DNA of 64,000 bases, from the NCBI GenBank assembly GCA_045631885.1, contig JAZQVN010000039.1:12608-76607 (forward strand), read 5' to 3'. This DNA is from Bacilli bacterium. GTDB taxonomy: Bacteria; Bacillota_I; Bacilli_A; RFN20; CAG-826. Below the pieces are notes generated by a model. It saw only the letters and a list, made by a program, of their open reading frames with translations. It searched no databases and was not told where the DNA came from. The translations under genes were made by a program, and so were the position numbers. Below are positions 1 through 8,945 of this stretch, in pieces; position 1 is the stretch's first letter; every line of letters begins with the position of its first letter.

Positions 1-618
1 TGTGACTTCTTTGCCACCTGTTTTCTCTTTATAATCGTTTTGCACATTCGCGTAAATCTTATATTCAGATTTTTGTGCTAAGATGGCTGCAACAACTGGT
101 TGAGCGAGTAAAACATAACCGGCATCTAAATCTTCAGTTAAGATTTTGTTTTTAATAGATGCTGCATCAGTTAAATAAGTGACATCTAATCCTTTATCGC
201 CATAAACATAGTTAAATAGTTTTCCAGCGACACCATTTTGTTGGAAAGCGATAACCTTATCTCCTTCAGATAATGTGCCATCACTGTCTTTTCCTGTTGA
301 TAATAAGAAGAAATTACCAAAAGTGATAGTGGCGGCGAGTTTAAATGGGGCGCTTTTATTGATTGCGGCTACTCCAGCGTTAGTTGGGGCAACAACAACA
401 TCTTTTCTTTGTGAAGTATCGGTGGATGTTAAATAAGCAATAACATTGTTCGCGTCTCCATTAACTTCTAAATGTTCAGTGTCACCTAAATATTTATAAA
501 ATGCCGTGGCTGGTGAACCCGCGGGAGTGGCTACTTGTAATTCTAGTGAATGAGAAGCGGTTCCGGAGCAGGCTGTTAAGACCATAATTGGGATAAGTGT
601 TAATAATTTTTTGTTCAT
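1..618 (-). CDS. Putative solute-binding lipoprotein, ABC-transporter substrate-binding-like. Partial: the C-terminus lies outside the window.
   Basis: The reverse-complement ORF starts with ATG (complement of 616-618) and is preceded by a GGAG RBS (complement of 631-636). The N-terminus MNKKLLTLIPIMVLTAC-SG is a lipoprotein signal with a lipobox Cys. It is missing from the ORF track because it runs off the window edge. Confidence 0.5.
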   Translation of the reverse strand, partial: MNKKLLTLIPIMVLTACSGTASHSLELQVATPAGSPATAFYKYLGDTEHLEVNGDANNVIAYLTSTDTSQRKDVVVAPTNAGVAAINKSAPFKLAATITFGNFFLLSTGKDSDGTLSEGDKVIAFQQNGVAGKLFNYVYGDKGLDVTYLTDAASIKNKILTEDLDAGYVLLAQPVVAAILAQKSEYKIYANVQNDYKEKTGGKEVT

Positions 619-677
619 ATATATGAAACTCCTTTTTCTTTGCACTAGATATTATATATAAATAAGATATAATAAAA

Positions 678-693
678 TGTGATTTGAATCACG
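678..693. promoter_or_regulatory. CRP/FNR-type box TGTGA-N6-TCACG overlapping the start of the Crp/Fnr gene.
   Basis: The sequence tgtgatttgaatcacg matches the consensus TGTGA-N6-TCACA in 9 of 10 positions. It lies immediately 5' of, and overlapping, the candidate starts at 684 and 696. Confidence 0.5.
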
Positions 694-1280
694 CTATGGG
701 AAATATATTAGAAACACTAACAAAAGAAGAAAAAAATAAGATTGAAACTAGATATCTTCAAAAAGGAGAAATCTTATTTTCTGAAGGTGATACTTGCGAG
801 CACATTGGTATCCTTGCTTCAGGAGAAATAGATATTGTCTCTTATTCATTCGGAGGTAAGGAAATTATCTATAACCATTTAACCGATGGAATGATGTTCG
901 GTAATAACTTAATCTTCTCGAGTGATCCAACATATAAAGGCTCAATTATTGCAAAAAAGGCGTCAAAACTGGCTTTAATTAATAAAAATCAATTAGTTTA
1001 CCTATTAAAAAACAACGATAACTTTTTAACTTCGTTTCTAAATTATGAGTCTGATTTGGCAAAAGAATTAAATGGCAAAATTAAGTTATTATCACTCGAT
1101 AACGCAGAAGAAAGATTCTTCTATTACCTTCACTCACAAGGTGATGAGATTCATTATCAATCAATCACAGAATTAGCCTCTCGTTTATATCTTCAAAGAG
1201 AGACGTTATCTAGACTGATATCTAAACTAATTAAAGAGAATAAGATTATCAAAGATAAACACAGCATTAAGCGAAAATAA
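684..1280 (+). CDS. Crp/Fnr-family transcriptional regulator (cNMP-binding domain plus C-terminal HTH).
   Basis: There is a cNMP-binding-like N-terminal half (FSEGDTCEHIGILASGEIDIV) and a C-terminal HTH (ITELASRLYLQRETLSRLISKLIKE). The track start is TTG at 684; ATG at 696 is the more likely start. No SD is present. Confidence 0.7.
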   Translation: MNHAMGNILETLTKEEKNKIETRYLQKGEILFSEGDTCEHIGILASGEIDIVSYSFGGKEIIYNHLTDGMMFGNNLIFSSDPTYKGSIIAKKASKLALINKNQLVYLLKNNDNFLTSFLNYESDLAKELNGKIKLLSLDNAEERFFYYLHSQGDEIHYQSITELASRLYLQRETLSRLISKLIKENKIIKDKHSIKRK

Positions 1281-1308
1281 AAGAGCGGGATTCCGCTCTT
1301 AATTTTTT
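1281..1308. terminator. Rho-independent terminator, bidirectional, between convergent genes.
   Basis: The sequence aagagcgg-gatt-ccgctctt forms an 8-bp stem. It is followed by a T-run on the plus strand and by an A-run on the other side. Confidence 0.7.
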
Positions 1309-1317
1309 GACTATTAT

Positions 1318-2022
1318 TTAGTCGTCGTCTTTGTCTTCATTGCCTCTAAAGAAATGAACAACACCATAATAAATAGGGATGGTGAGGAATAGGACCCATA
1401 ATGGGTGGAATAAATTGAAGTTAAACACCCACACGCATAGTAATAAATATAGGAAAGCGATAAAGACTGGGTAAGCAAAGATATTTGGATTTCTATTTCT
1501 AATTGCCGCAGGGATAGTTGGTAATAACGGGATTAATAAGAATAATACCCATGCTTGACCCCATAACCCTAAAAGAGAGCCTAATAATATATAAGAAATA
1601 ACTGTTCCGAAGACTGTGATAACGGAAACTAAAGCATCCACTCTATGTTTTTTACCGATTTCACGATAAGAAATATCTTTTGTACCTTCTTCATCTGTGA
1701 TCCTAATGCCTTTTTCAGAGACGTGAACTTCTTCGCCATCTTCACTATAGACGTGAACCCCATCATCATCTAAAACGACATGATCTTCTTTCTCTTCTTT
1801 TGGTGCATCTTGTTTTGGGGAAGATAAGCCCACTAATTCATCTAAAGAGATGTTATAGATTTTGGCTAATTCAATAAGGTTATCTGTGTCTGGAGAAGCT
1901 TCTCCTCTTTCCCATTTGCTAATAGCTTGACGGGAGACTTGTAATTTATCCGCTAACTCTTCTTGTGAGTAGCCGTGTTCTTTTCTCAATTCCGCGAGGC
2001 GGTTTGCTAATTCGATTGTCAT
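1318..2022 (-). CDS. XRE-family HTH protein with a C-terminal multi-TM membrane domain.
   Basis: The N-terminus LRKEHGYSQEELADKLQVSRQAISKWERG is a classic XRE HTH. The C-terminal half is hydrophobic, with 3-4 predicted TM helices. Confidence 0.7.
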   Translation of the reverse strand: MTIELANRLAELRKEHGYSQEELADKLQVSRQAISKWERGEASPDTDNLIELAKIYNISLDELVGLSSPKQDAPKEEKEDHVVLDDDGVHVYSEDGEEVHVSEKGIRITDEEGTKDISYREIGKKHRVDALVSVITVFGTVISYILLGSLLGLWGQAWVLFLLIPLLPTIPAAIRNRNPNIFAYPVFIAFLYLLLCVWVFNFNLFHPLWVLFLTIPIYYGVVHFFRGNEDKDDD

Positions 2023-2222
2023 AATACTTGACCTCCAATACTGGTATTAATTTAACGAATTTATGTAGTTGCACGCTACCAATTCTGCTTTTCATTTACG
2101 CAACTTTTGGTTGCAATACCAAAGTTATAATACATTTGCGATATCGAAAAATAAAGATGCTATATAAAATATATAGAAAGAAATAGTCTTATCATATATT
2201 ATTAATTAAGGATTTATAGAAT

Positions 2223-2768
2223 ATGGAAAAAACGATTAAAAGGATTAAATGGATATATTCCGGTGAATTATTATTAATCGCCGCGGTATTTTTAACATTT
2301 GGAATTTTAGAATTGCTTCATGTCATGAATATCTCTGACACGATGCAATTAATTTTCAAGATTGTCACCCTTGCTGGTGCGACATGGATTGTCATTGATT
2401 TTATTTGGTTAATGAAATCAGAAAAAAGACAAAAGAAAAACTGCAAGATGGATAAGATTATGATGCTCCCTGCAGCGTTATATTTCTATGTCTTTGATAT
2501 CATTGGCTTTGTTTCTCCAAGACCATATGAATATTATCAAATCGGTATTCCATTAATCTTCTTCTACATCACTTGTATTTATTCTTTCCAAGGAATCTAT
2601 CATTACTTCCATCCAGTTCCATTGGTCCAAGAGATGATTGATGAAGCGATTAAAGAACAACAGGAAAAAGAAATCGCAGAAGCAAGTATTAATAACACTC
2701 CTGAAGGTGGATTAGATAACGACACCACATCAGGGGAAACTAATGAAGATAATTCAAACGAACAATGA
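2223..2768 (+). CDS. Hypothetical integral membrane protein with an acidic C-terminal tail.
   Basis: The ORF has several hydrophobic segments and ends with a TGA stop. Confidence 0.5.
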   Translation: MEKTIKRIKWIYSGELLLIAAVFLTFGILELLHVMNISDTMQLIFKIVTLAGATWIVIDFIWLMKSEKRQKKNCKMDKIMMLPAALYFYVFDIIGFVSPRPYEYYQIGIPLIFFYITCIYSFQGIYHYFHPVPLVQEMIDEAIKEQQEKEIAEASINNTPEGGLDNDTTSGETNEDNSNEQ

Positions 2769-2832
2769 ATAAAGAATAGGCAACGTGTTTAATATGTTGC
2801 TTATTTTTTTATTTTCATAAGATAATAAAAGT

Positions 2833-5349
2833 ATGAAAAAGAAATCTTTAATTCCTTTATTGCTGTGCACAGCATTCCTTTTTGCTTGTAGTACAGGTTC
2901 AAACAATGGCTCCAATGGTGGAGGTGGAAGTGGAGGCACCTCAGGAGATGGTAGTGGCGGACAAAGCCAAGACGGTGACGGAGGTTCCGGTGGAGGCTCT
3001 GGCGAAGGTCAGGGTGGTTCCGGTTCTAGCGAAGGCCAAGGCGGAGGCTCTGGAGAAGGTCAGGGTGGTTCTGGTGGAAGCGGTGGCCAAAGTCAAGGAA
3101 GTGACACTGAACCAGAAGAAACTTTACCAGCGATTGACTATGTCAAAGTTTTCGCGGAATCCGCGAATTATTCCCATGTCTACGCTTGGATTGTAGATAA
3201 CGGCAAAACCACAGAATTAGTCGGTAAATGGCCGGGCACGAATTTGGCTTCATATGATACGACCTGGTTAACATATGATTTTGAAGGATATACCGCGCTT
3301 AATTTCATCTTTAGTAAAGGTGGAAATGGTCAAACCGCAGACTTATCAGTTAGCCATGCAGGATATTATTGGTATCAAAATGGTGAGATTTATACATCTA
3401 AACCAGGTTCATCTTCCGGAGGTGGAAGTAGTGAACCATATACCCCTCCAACCGATATTCCTCAAGGTAATTACGATATAGTGGAATCTGCGGCCACAGT
3501 AGATGATTTACCAGCGGTTAAAAACTATAACAAAGGTAGTATCGTCTCTCCATATACTGGAAGTCGTACTGACTTCAGAGATGAGAGTATTTACTTTACA
3601 ATTACAACGAGATTCTATGATGGTGATAGCTCTAACAACACAAAGTGTTGGGATGGCAGAAATAACAAGAGTGATGACCCAGCTTGGAGAGGTGATTTCA
3701 AAGGCTTAATTCAAAAGATGGATTATATTAAAGCTTTAGGTTTCACCGCGATTTGGATTACTCCAGTTGTGAAGAATGCATCCGGATATGATTATCACGG
3801 ATATCACGCGATTAACTTTAAAGAAGTCGATCCGCGTTATGAATCTGAAGATGTCGCTTTCTTAGATGTTATTAAAGAAGCTCACAAGAGAGATATGAAA
3901 ATTATTCTCGATGTCGTCTTTAACCATACCGGTAACTTTGGCGAAGAAAACTTATTCCCAATGTTCTATTACGATAGTAAAAATAACACGACGATAAATG
4001 GAATGATTCGAAATAAGAACTCTGGATTATTACCAGAAAGTTACGATACAGCGAACAATCAATACAGCATGAGAATTGATGCGATGAAAGGTAGCACTGA
4101 TGCCTATAACATCTACCATCATGAAAAGAACATGTCGTATGAACAATATATCGAACAAACAGGCCAAATGGCGGGTGATTGTGTTGACCTCAATACAGAA
4201 AATCCAACCGTCGCTAACTATTTAATTGATGCCTATGGTGATTTCATCAGATTAGGTGTTGATGCCTTTAGAATTGACACGATGAAGCACATCTCTCGTT
4301 TGACGTTCAATAACTATATTTGGCCAGGTTTATATAAGATTGCAGAAAAATGTGGAAATAATTATTTCCATATGTTTGGTGAAGTCTGTACAAGAGTGAG
4401 AGAAGTGTGGAACCACGGACAAGCTTGTGACTCCGCGCCATTCTATACTTGGAAAGAAAGTAAGACTTATGCTTGGGGAACTCGTTCAGTTAATGAAAAA
4501 TCCACATTAGATAACTGGAATGATAATGCAAATACCAATCAACCAACAAGCGACAATGCAAAGTTAAGAAATGGCTTACAATACCATAACCCAGATACTT
4601 CTAAATCAAGTGGCTGTTCCGTCATCGACTTCCCAATGCACTGGAACTTCCAATACGCAAGAGATGCTTTTGGTGTCGCGGTAGGTAATGACCAATATTA
4701 TAACGACGCGACATATAATGTTACCTATGTTGACTCTCACGACTATGGACCAGACGGTATTGAAAAAGTGAGATACAATATGGGCACAAGTGCGTGGAAA
4801 GAGAATATGTCATTAATCTTCACCTTTAGAGGTGTTCCATGTATCTATTATGGTTCCGAAGTTGAATTCCAAGCTGGAAAAACAATTGATGAAGGACCAA
4901 ACTTAGCCTTAAAAGATTCTGGTAGAGCGTACTTTGGCGATTATTTAGAAGGTACAGTAAATGCGACTGGATTTGGTAGTTATACCGCTTCTGGTAAAGT
5001 CCAAGAAACTTTAAATAGCACCTTAAGTAAACATCTCCAAATGTTAAATAAGATTAGATTAAAAGTCCCAGCCTTAAGAAGAGGACAATACACCACAAGT
5101 GGTTGCTCTGGCAGTATGTCTTATATTAGAAGATATACAGTCGGTAGTGTTGACTCTTTAGCTTGCGTTACCGTTTCTGGTAGTTCAACATTCTCTAATT
5201 TACCAAGCGGAACATATGTTGACTTAGTTTCTGGAAATAAAACCACAGTCAATAGTGGAACCCTTAATGCGAGTGTTTCTGGACAAGGTAACGTTGCTAT
5301 TTATGTCTTAGAAAATAGTTCAACTGGAACATTAAGTAAAATCAGTTAA
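2833..5349 (+). CDS. Lipoprotein alpha-amylase, GH13 family, with a Gly/Ser-rich linker and a putative starch-binding module.
   Basis: The lipobox is LLLCTAFLFAC-STGS. A low-complexity GGSGEGQGG repeat linker follows. GH13 signatures are present: DVVFNHTG, GVDAFRIDTMKHI, FGEVC and YVDSHD. An N-terminal beta-sandwich region precedes the catalytic domain. Confidence 0.85.
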   Translation: MKKKSLIPLLLCTAFLFACSTGSNNGSNGGGGSGGTSGDGSGGQSQDGDGGSGGGSGEGQGGSGSSEGQGGGSGEGQGGSGGSGGQSQGSDTEPEETLPAIDYVKVFAESANYSHVYAWIVDNGKTTELVGKWPGTNLASYDTTWLTYDFEGYTALNFIFSKGGNGQTADLSVSHAGYYWYQNGEIYTSKPGSSSGGGSSEPYTPPTDIPQGNYDIVESAATVDDLPAVKNYNKGSIVSPYTGSRTDFRDESIYFTITTRFYDGDSSNNTKCWDGRNNKSDDPAWRGDFKGLIQKMDYIKALGFTAIWITPVVKNASGYDYHGYHAINFKEVDPRYESEDVAFLDVIKEAHKRDMKIILDVVFNHTGNFGEENLFPMFYYDSKNNTTINGMIRNKNSGLLPESYDTANNQYSMRIDAMKGSTDAYNIYHHEKNMSYEQYIEQTGQMAGDCVDLNTENPTVANYLIDAYGDFIRLGVDAFRIDTMKHISRLTFNNYIWPGLYKIAEKCGNNYFHMFGEVCTRVREVWNHGQACDSAPFYTWKESKTYAWGTRSVNEKSTLDNWNDNANTNQPTSDNAKLRNGLQYHNPDTSKSSGCSVIDFPMHWNFQYARDAFGVAVGNDQYYNDATYNVTYVDSHDYGPDGIEKVRYNMGTSAWKENMSLIFTFRGVPCIYYGSEVEFQAGKTIDEGPNLALKDSGRAYFGDYLEGTVNATGFGSYTASGKVQETLNSTLSKHLQMLNKIRLKVPALRRGQYTTSGCSGSMSYIRRYTVGSVDSLACVTVSGSSTFSNLPSGTYVDLVSGNKTTVNSGTLNASVSGQGNVAIYVLENSSTGTLSKIS
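2905..3108 (+). repeat. Imperfect tandem nucleotide repeats encoding the GGSGEGQGG linker.
   Basis: The units gaaggtcagggtggttc(c/t)gg and ggtggaggctctgg recur several times. This low-complexity region is prone to slippage. Confidence 0.6.
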
Positions 5350-5365
5350 TATTTGAAAAATAATC

Positions 5366-5404
5366 AAAAAAATCCCTGTTTTGCCAGGGATTTTTCTGTT
5401 TTTT
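5366..5404. terminator. Rho-independent terminator, bidirectional, between the amylase and arcB.
   Basis: The sequence aaaaatccctg-ttttgc-cagggattttt forms an 11-bp stem and is followed by a T-run. Confidence 0.75.
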
Positions 5405-5412
5405 ACTTATTT

Positions 5413-6417
5413 TTAGAAATCCGGATGCATTGTCGCAAGCATCACTGCTTTAATCGTGTGCATACGATTTTCGGCTTCATCAAAGACTTTGGATTGAGGT
5501 CCTTCAAAGACATCTTCAGTGACTTCTAAACCGTTTAAACCAAACTTGTTATAAACTTCTAAACCAACTTTAGTTTCTAAGTTATGGAAGCTTGGTAAGC
5601 AGTGGAGGAAGATGGCTTTTGGATGTGCCATTTCCATGACGGCTTTATTGACTTGATATGGTTTTAATAAGTTGATGCGTTCCGCCCAGACTTCATCTGG
5701 TTCACCCATTGAGACCCAGACATCTGTGGTGATGACATCGCAATCACTAACACCTTCTTTAACGTCTTCTGTGAATGTTAATTTCGCGCCTGTCTCTTTC
5801 GCGATTTCTAGACATCTATTTCTTAATTCTTCATTTGGCCATAATTCTTTTGGTCCGACCATGCGGTAATCTAAACCTAACTTAGCACTTGTCACTAAAT
5901 AGGAATTACCCATGTTATATCTGCCATCCCCAAGATAAGCCATCTTGATTCCTTTAAGACGGCCTTTTTCTTCTAAGATAGTCATAAAATCAGCGAGCAT
6001 TTGAGTTGGGTGATATTGGTTAGTTAAACCGTTCCATGTTGGAACACCAGAATATTCAGCGAGACATTCCACTGTGGATTGTTCATAGCCGCGATATTCG
6101 ATGCCATCAAACATTCTACCTAACACTCTCGCGGTGTCTTTGATACTTTCTTTTTTACCCATTTGAGAACCGCTTGATCCAATATAGACTGCATTCATGC
6201 CTAAATCTGCCGCGGCAACTTCAAATGAACATCTAGTTCTAGTGGAATCTTTTTCAAATAATAAGACAACATTCTTACCTTCTAAATGACGGTGAGCGAT
6301 TCCTGCTTTCTTTTGTCTTTTGAGTTCTCTCGCTAATTCAATCAAATATAAGATTTCTTCAGGAGTATAATCTAACAAAGTTAAAAATCTTGTTTGGGCT
6401 AATTTCATATTAATCAA
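5413..6417 (-). CDS. arcB: Ornithine carbamoyltransferase.
   Basis: It has the STRTRCSFE carbamoyl-phosphate-binding motif and the HCLP motif. It overlaps the upstream arcA by 8 nt, which implies translational coupling. Confidence 0.9.
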   Translation of the reverse strand: MINMKLAQTRFLTLLDYTPEEILYLIELARELKRQKKAGIAHRHLEGKNVVLLFEKDSTRTRCSFEVAAADLGMNAVYIGSSGSQMGKKESIKDTARVLGRMFDGIEYRGYEQSTVECLAEYSGVPTWNGLTNQYHPTQMLADFMTILEEKGRLKGIKMAYLGDGRYNMGNSYLVTSAKLGLDYRMVGPKELWPNEELRNRCLEIAKETGAKLTFTEDVKEGVSDCDVITTDVWVSMGEPDEVWAERINLLKPYQVNKAVMEMAHPKAIFLHCLPSFHNLETKVGLEVYNKFGLNGLEVTEDVFEGPQSKVFDEAENRMHTIKAVMLATMHPDF

Positions 6418-7627
6418 CGTCCTCTCTTTCTAAAGGCATACACATACATCTTGGTCCCCCTCTTCCACGTGATAATTCACTAGATGGGATTTCAAATACT
6501 TCAACACCATAACTTCTTAATATTGCATTCGTGGTGTCATTTCTTTCATAAGCAATCACTTTTCCCGGAGCGATAGCGATGGTATTACTACCATCAGACC
6601 ATTGTTCTCTATCCGCGGTCACTCGATCTTCTCCTCCACATGGGATGAGAATGACATCTTGATGAATGTATTTTTCTAAAATAGTTTTTAATTCTTCTTT
6701 ACTCTCATTAACAATTAATTTGTTATCACCTTTTTGAATTTCAATAATTCTTAATGATTCATAACATTCTTTATGAATAGTGAATTTATTGAAGTCAACT
6801 TGAGTAAATATCGTATCTAAGTGCATAAAGGTTCTCGCTTTAGGAATTGATAAGACGACGATATTTTCAAAAGTTGTTTGTTCATTAAAGAAGATATTCT
6901 TCGCAAGTCTTTCTATCGCAATAGGAGTGGTTCTTTGAGAGGCTCCAATGATGAGAGTTTTATGGTTTAAAACCATAATATCTCCACCTTCGATGCTCTT
7001 AACTTCGTTTCTGTTATAGAAGAGCTTGTTATTTTTATAAACAGGATGATATTTGAAGATATATTCTCCGAATATTGTTTCTCTACTTCTCGTCACTGAG
7101 AACATGCTGTTAAGGGAGATACCATCACCAATCGAGGCAAATGGATCTCTCTGAAAATATAAATTTGGCATTGGGTCTGTCGCGAACTGCTTATCATCAA
7201 TTAAGTCTCTTAATGTTCTAATTTTCCAATCTGGTAAATCGGTTTTCTTAATACCAGCGATAGCCTTTAAGACCATTGTTCTCGTATCTTTAATTTCATT
7301 AAGATATTCTAAAACGACTTCGGATAATGTCGTGGAGTTGATATTTGCGTCTTTAACAAATTGTTGAATAAACTCTTTTTTCACTTCTTCACTTATATCA
7401 AGTGCTTCAACGACTAAATCGACGAGATAGACTACTTTCACTCCGTTATCGATAAATGTTTTCGCGAAAGTTTGATGTTCTTTCTTCGCTAGTGGAAGCC
7501 ATGGGATATCATCGAAAAGCAAATCGTCTAAATGTTTAGGTGTTAAATTATGAATCTCATTTCCTGGTTCGTGAATTAAAACGGTTTTAAGTTTACCGAT
7601 TTCACTATAAACGTTGATTTTACTCAT
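6410..7627 (-). CDS. arcA: Arginine deiminase.
   Basis: The N-terminus [22 protein letters not shown] and the overall length and composition are typical of arginine deiminase. The catalytic Cys lies near the C-terminus (GGPRCMCMP). Confidence 0.85.
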   Translation of the reverse strand: MSKINVYSEIGKLKTVLIHEPGNEIHNLTPKHLDDLLFDDIPWLPLAKKEHQTFAKTFIDNGVKVVYLVDLVVEALDISEEVKKEFIQQFVKDANINSTTLSEVVLEYLNEIKDTRTMVLKAIAGIKKTDLPDWKIRTLRDLIDDKQFATDPMPNLYFQRDPFASIGDGISLNSMFSVTRSRETIFGEYIFKYHPVYKNNKLFYNRNEVKSIEGGDIMVLNHKTLIIGASQRTTPIAIERLAKNIFFNEQTTFENIVVLSIPKARTFMHLDTIFTQVDFNKFTIHKECYESLRIIEIQKGDNKLIVNESKEELKTILEKYIHQDVILIPCGGEDRVTADREQWSDGSNTIAIAPGKVIAYERNDTTNAILRSYGVEVFEIPSSELSRGRGGPRCMCMPLEREDVD

Positions 7628-8717
7628 GAGTTACCCCCTCTGTGACTAGTTCTTTATTTTTCTTTTCCATTTTCGCGTCATAAACGCCAGATAAGATGAT
7701 TGATAATGTAATGATTATGCCTCCAGCAACAACGTTCCAAGAGAATTCTTCCATATGGAAGATGATACTTGTTAATGTTGCAACCACCGCGGACATTGGC
7801 ATTAAGACCGCGCAAGTAACCGCGGAAACGTTTTTAATTGAAATAGTTCTTAATACCCAACACACTGCGGTGCAAGCGACACCTAAGAAGATGAGAATTA
7901 AGATATGTTGCCACTGCCAAGAGAAGTGGAGATTGTGTTCAAATGGAATGGCATAAGCAAAGCTCATAACTGTCAAAACGATTAATTGGATAAAAACATA
8001 AACCCAAGAATCTTTGTTTTTGGCAAATACTTTAGTAAAGGCAATATCAATACCAAAGAATAGACCACCGATACAAGATAAGATATCTCCACTAGTTGGA
8101 GAAGAGAATAACGCGGTGAAATCCCAACCATTTCCACATAAGACGAATGAACCAAATACACACGCGAGTGATGCGATAATTGTCACTAGTGTTGGTTTTT
8201 CTCTCACTAATAAAAACATACAGATTGGAACCGCGATACAAGAGAAACTTTCTAAGAAAGTATTTTTTGCTGGAGTAGTGGAATCTAAACCGATGAATTG
8301 CAATAAGTATGCTGCACCTAAAATAAGACCCGCAAGGATACAAATCCAATAGGATTGTTTAACTTCTTCTTTTGATTTGCCTAAAAGAAGTAAGAATAAA
8401 ACGAGTAATAATAAGGCGGCGATACCTCTGATCATCGTATCTAATCCTGGAACGACTGATAAACTAGCGACAAAAGCTAAACAAGAGATGACGCCGATTG
8501 GAACGCATACCCAATAACTCTTTGATAATTTCTTAAAACCACCTGTCACCAAGATGACGAAAAACATCGCGAAACAAGAAAGTAAACCTCTTATCGCAAC
8601 TAATAGGGCTGGAGAGTATAAGTTGTTGTCAAAAAGATATTTGCTGATAACTGGTGCAATACCCCAGAGAATGACAACTAATATCAACGCTAATAATGAC
8701 AAAATTTTCTTGCTCAT
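7620..8717 (-). CDS. DMT/EamA-like 10-TM transporter, co-oriented with and overlapping arcA.
   Basis: The protein is highly hydrophobic with about 10 TM helices. It has a duplicated 5-TM architecture and an N-terminal segment resembling EamA. It is not a canonical ArcD (APC family). Confidence 0.5.
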   Translation of the reverse strand: MSKKILSLLALILVVILWGIAPVISKYLFDNNLYSPALLVAIRGLLSCFAMFFVILVTGGFKKLSKSYWVCVPIGVISCLAFVASLSVVPGLDTMIRGIAALLLLVLFLLLLGKSKEEVKQSYWICILAGLILGAAYLLQFIGLDSTTPAKNTFLESFSCIAVPICMFLLVREKPTLVTIIASLACVFGSFVLCGNGWDFTALFSSPTSGDILSCIGGLFFGIDIAFTKVFAKNKDSWVYVFIQLIVLTVMSFAYAIPFEHNLHFSWQWQHILILIFLGVACTAVCWVLRTISIKNVSAVTCAVLMPMSAVVATLTSIIFHMEEFSWNVVAGGIIITLSIILSGVYDAKMEKKNKELVTEGVTHE

Positions 8718-8880
8718 AATGAAAAGCCATATATTAGTTTACACTAATAGGATTTTTTGACCACCCCCAAATTAATATTTCGTTCTTTTAAGAAGAAAAC
8801 TCTTCTATTTACTCTTATAAAAAATAATGGTGACTATGTTAAGTTTGGTTTACAATCGATATATTATGATTAATTTTTTG

Positions 8881-8909
8881 TTGACATAGTCTTATATATA
8901 TTTAAAATG
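8881..8909 (+). promoter_or_regulatory. Candidate sigma70-type promoter, TTGACA-16-TAAAAT.
   Basis: The -35 element ttgaca is at 8881-8886 and the -10 element taaaat at 8903-8908. Confidence 0.4.
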
Positions 8910-8911
8910 AT

Positions 8912-8935
8912 AACGATTGCAACTAACGATTGCAG
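8912..8935. promoter_or_regulatory. Direct repeat AACGATTGCA x2 (spaced 4 nt) between the promoter and the RBS of HTH-glmM.
   Basis: The sequence aacgattgca-acta-acgattgca is a candidate operator. Each copy contains the palindromic core TTGCAA. Confidence 0.4.
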
Positions 8936-8945
8936 GAGGAAAATT

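Noticed and set aside
2882-3196. A +strand ORF (104 aa) in an alternate frame across the amylase Gly/Ser repeat, and a -strand ORF at 2754-2939 with a poly-Pro stretch.
   Set aside because: They are artefacts of the GC-richer tandem repeat (GGN codons read out of frame or antisense). The amylase frame is continuous from the lipobox into the GH13 domain.
7696-8760. Antisense or alternate-frame ORFs within the DMT transporter gene (7696-7956, 8014-8352, 8092-8349, 8554-8760).
   Set aside because: They are embedded in a long hydrophobic ORF on the opposite strand. They have no translation signals and low-complexity composition.
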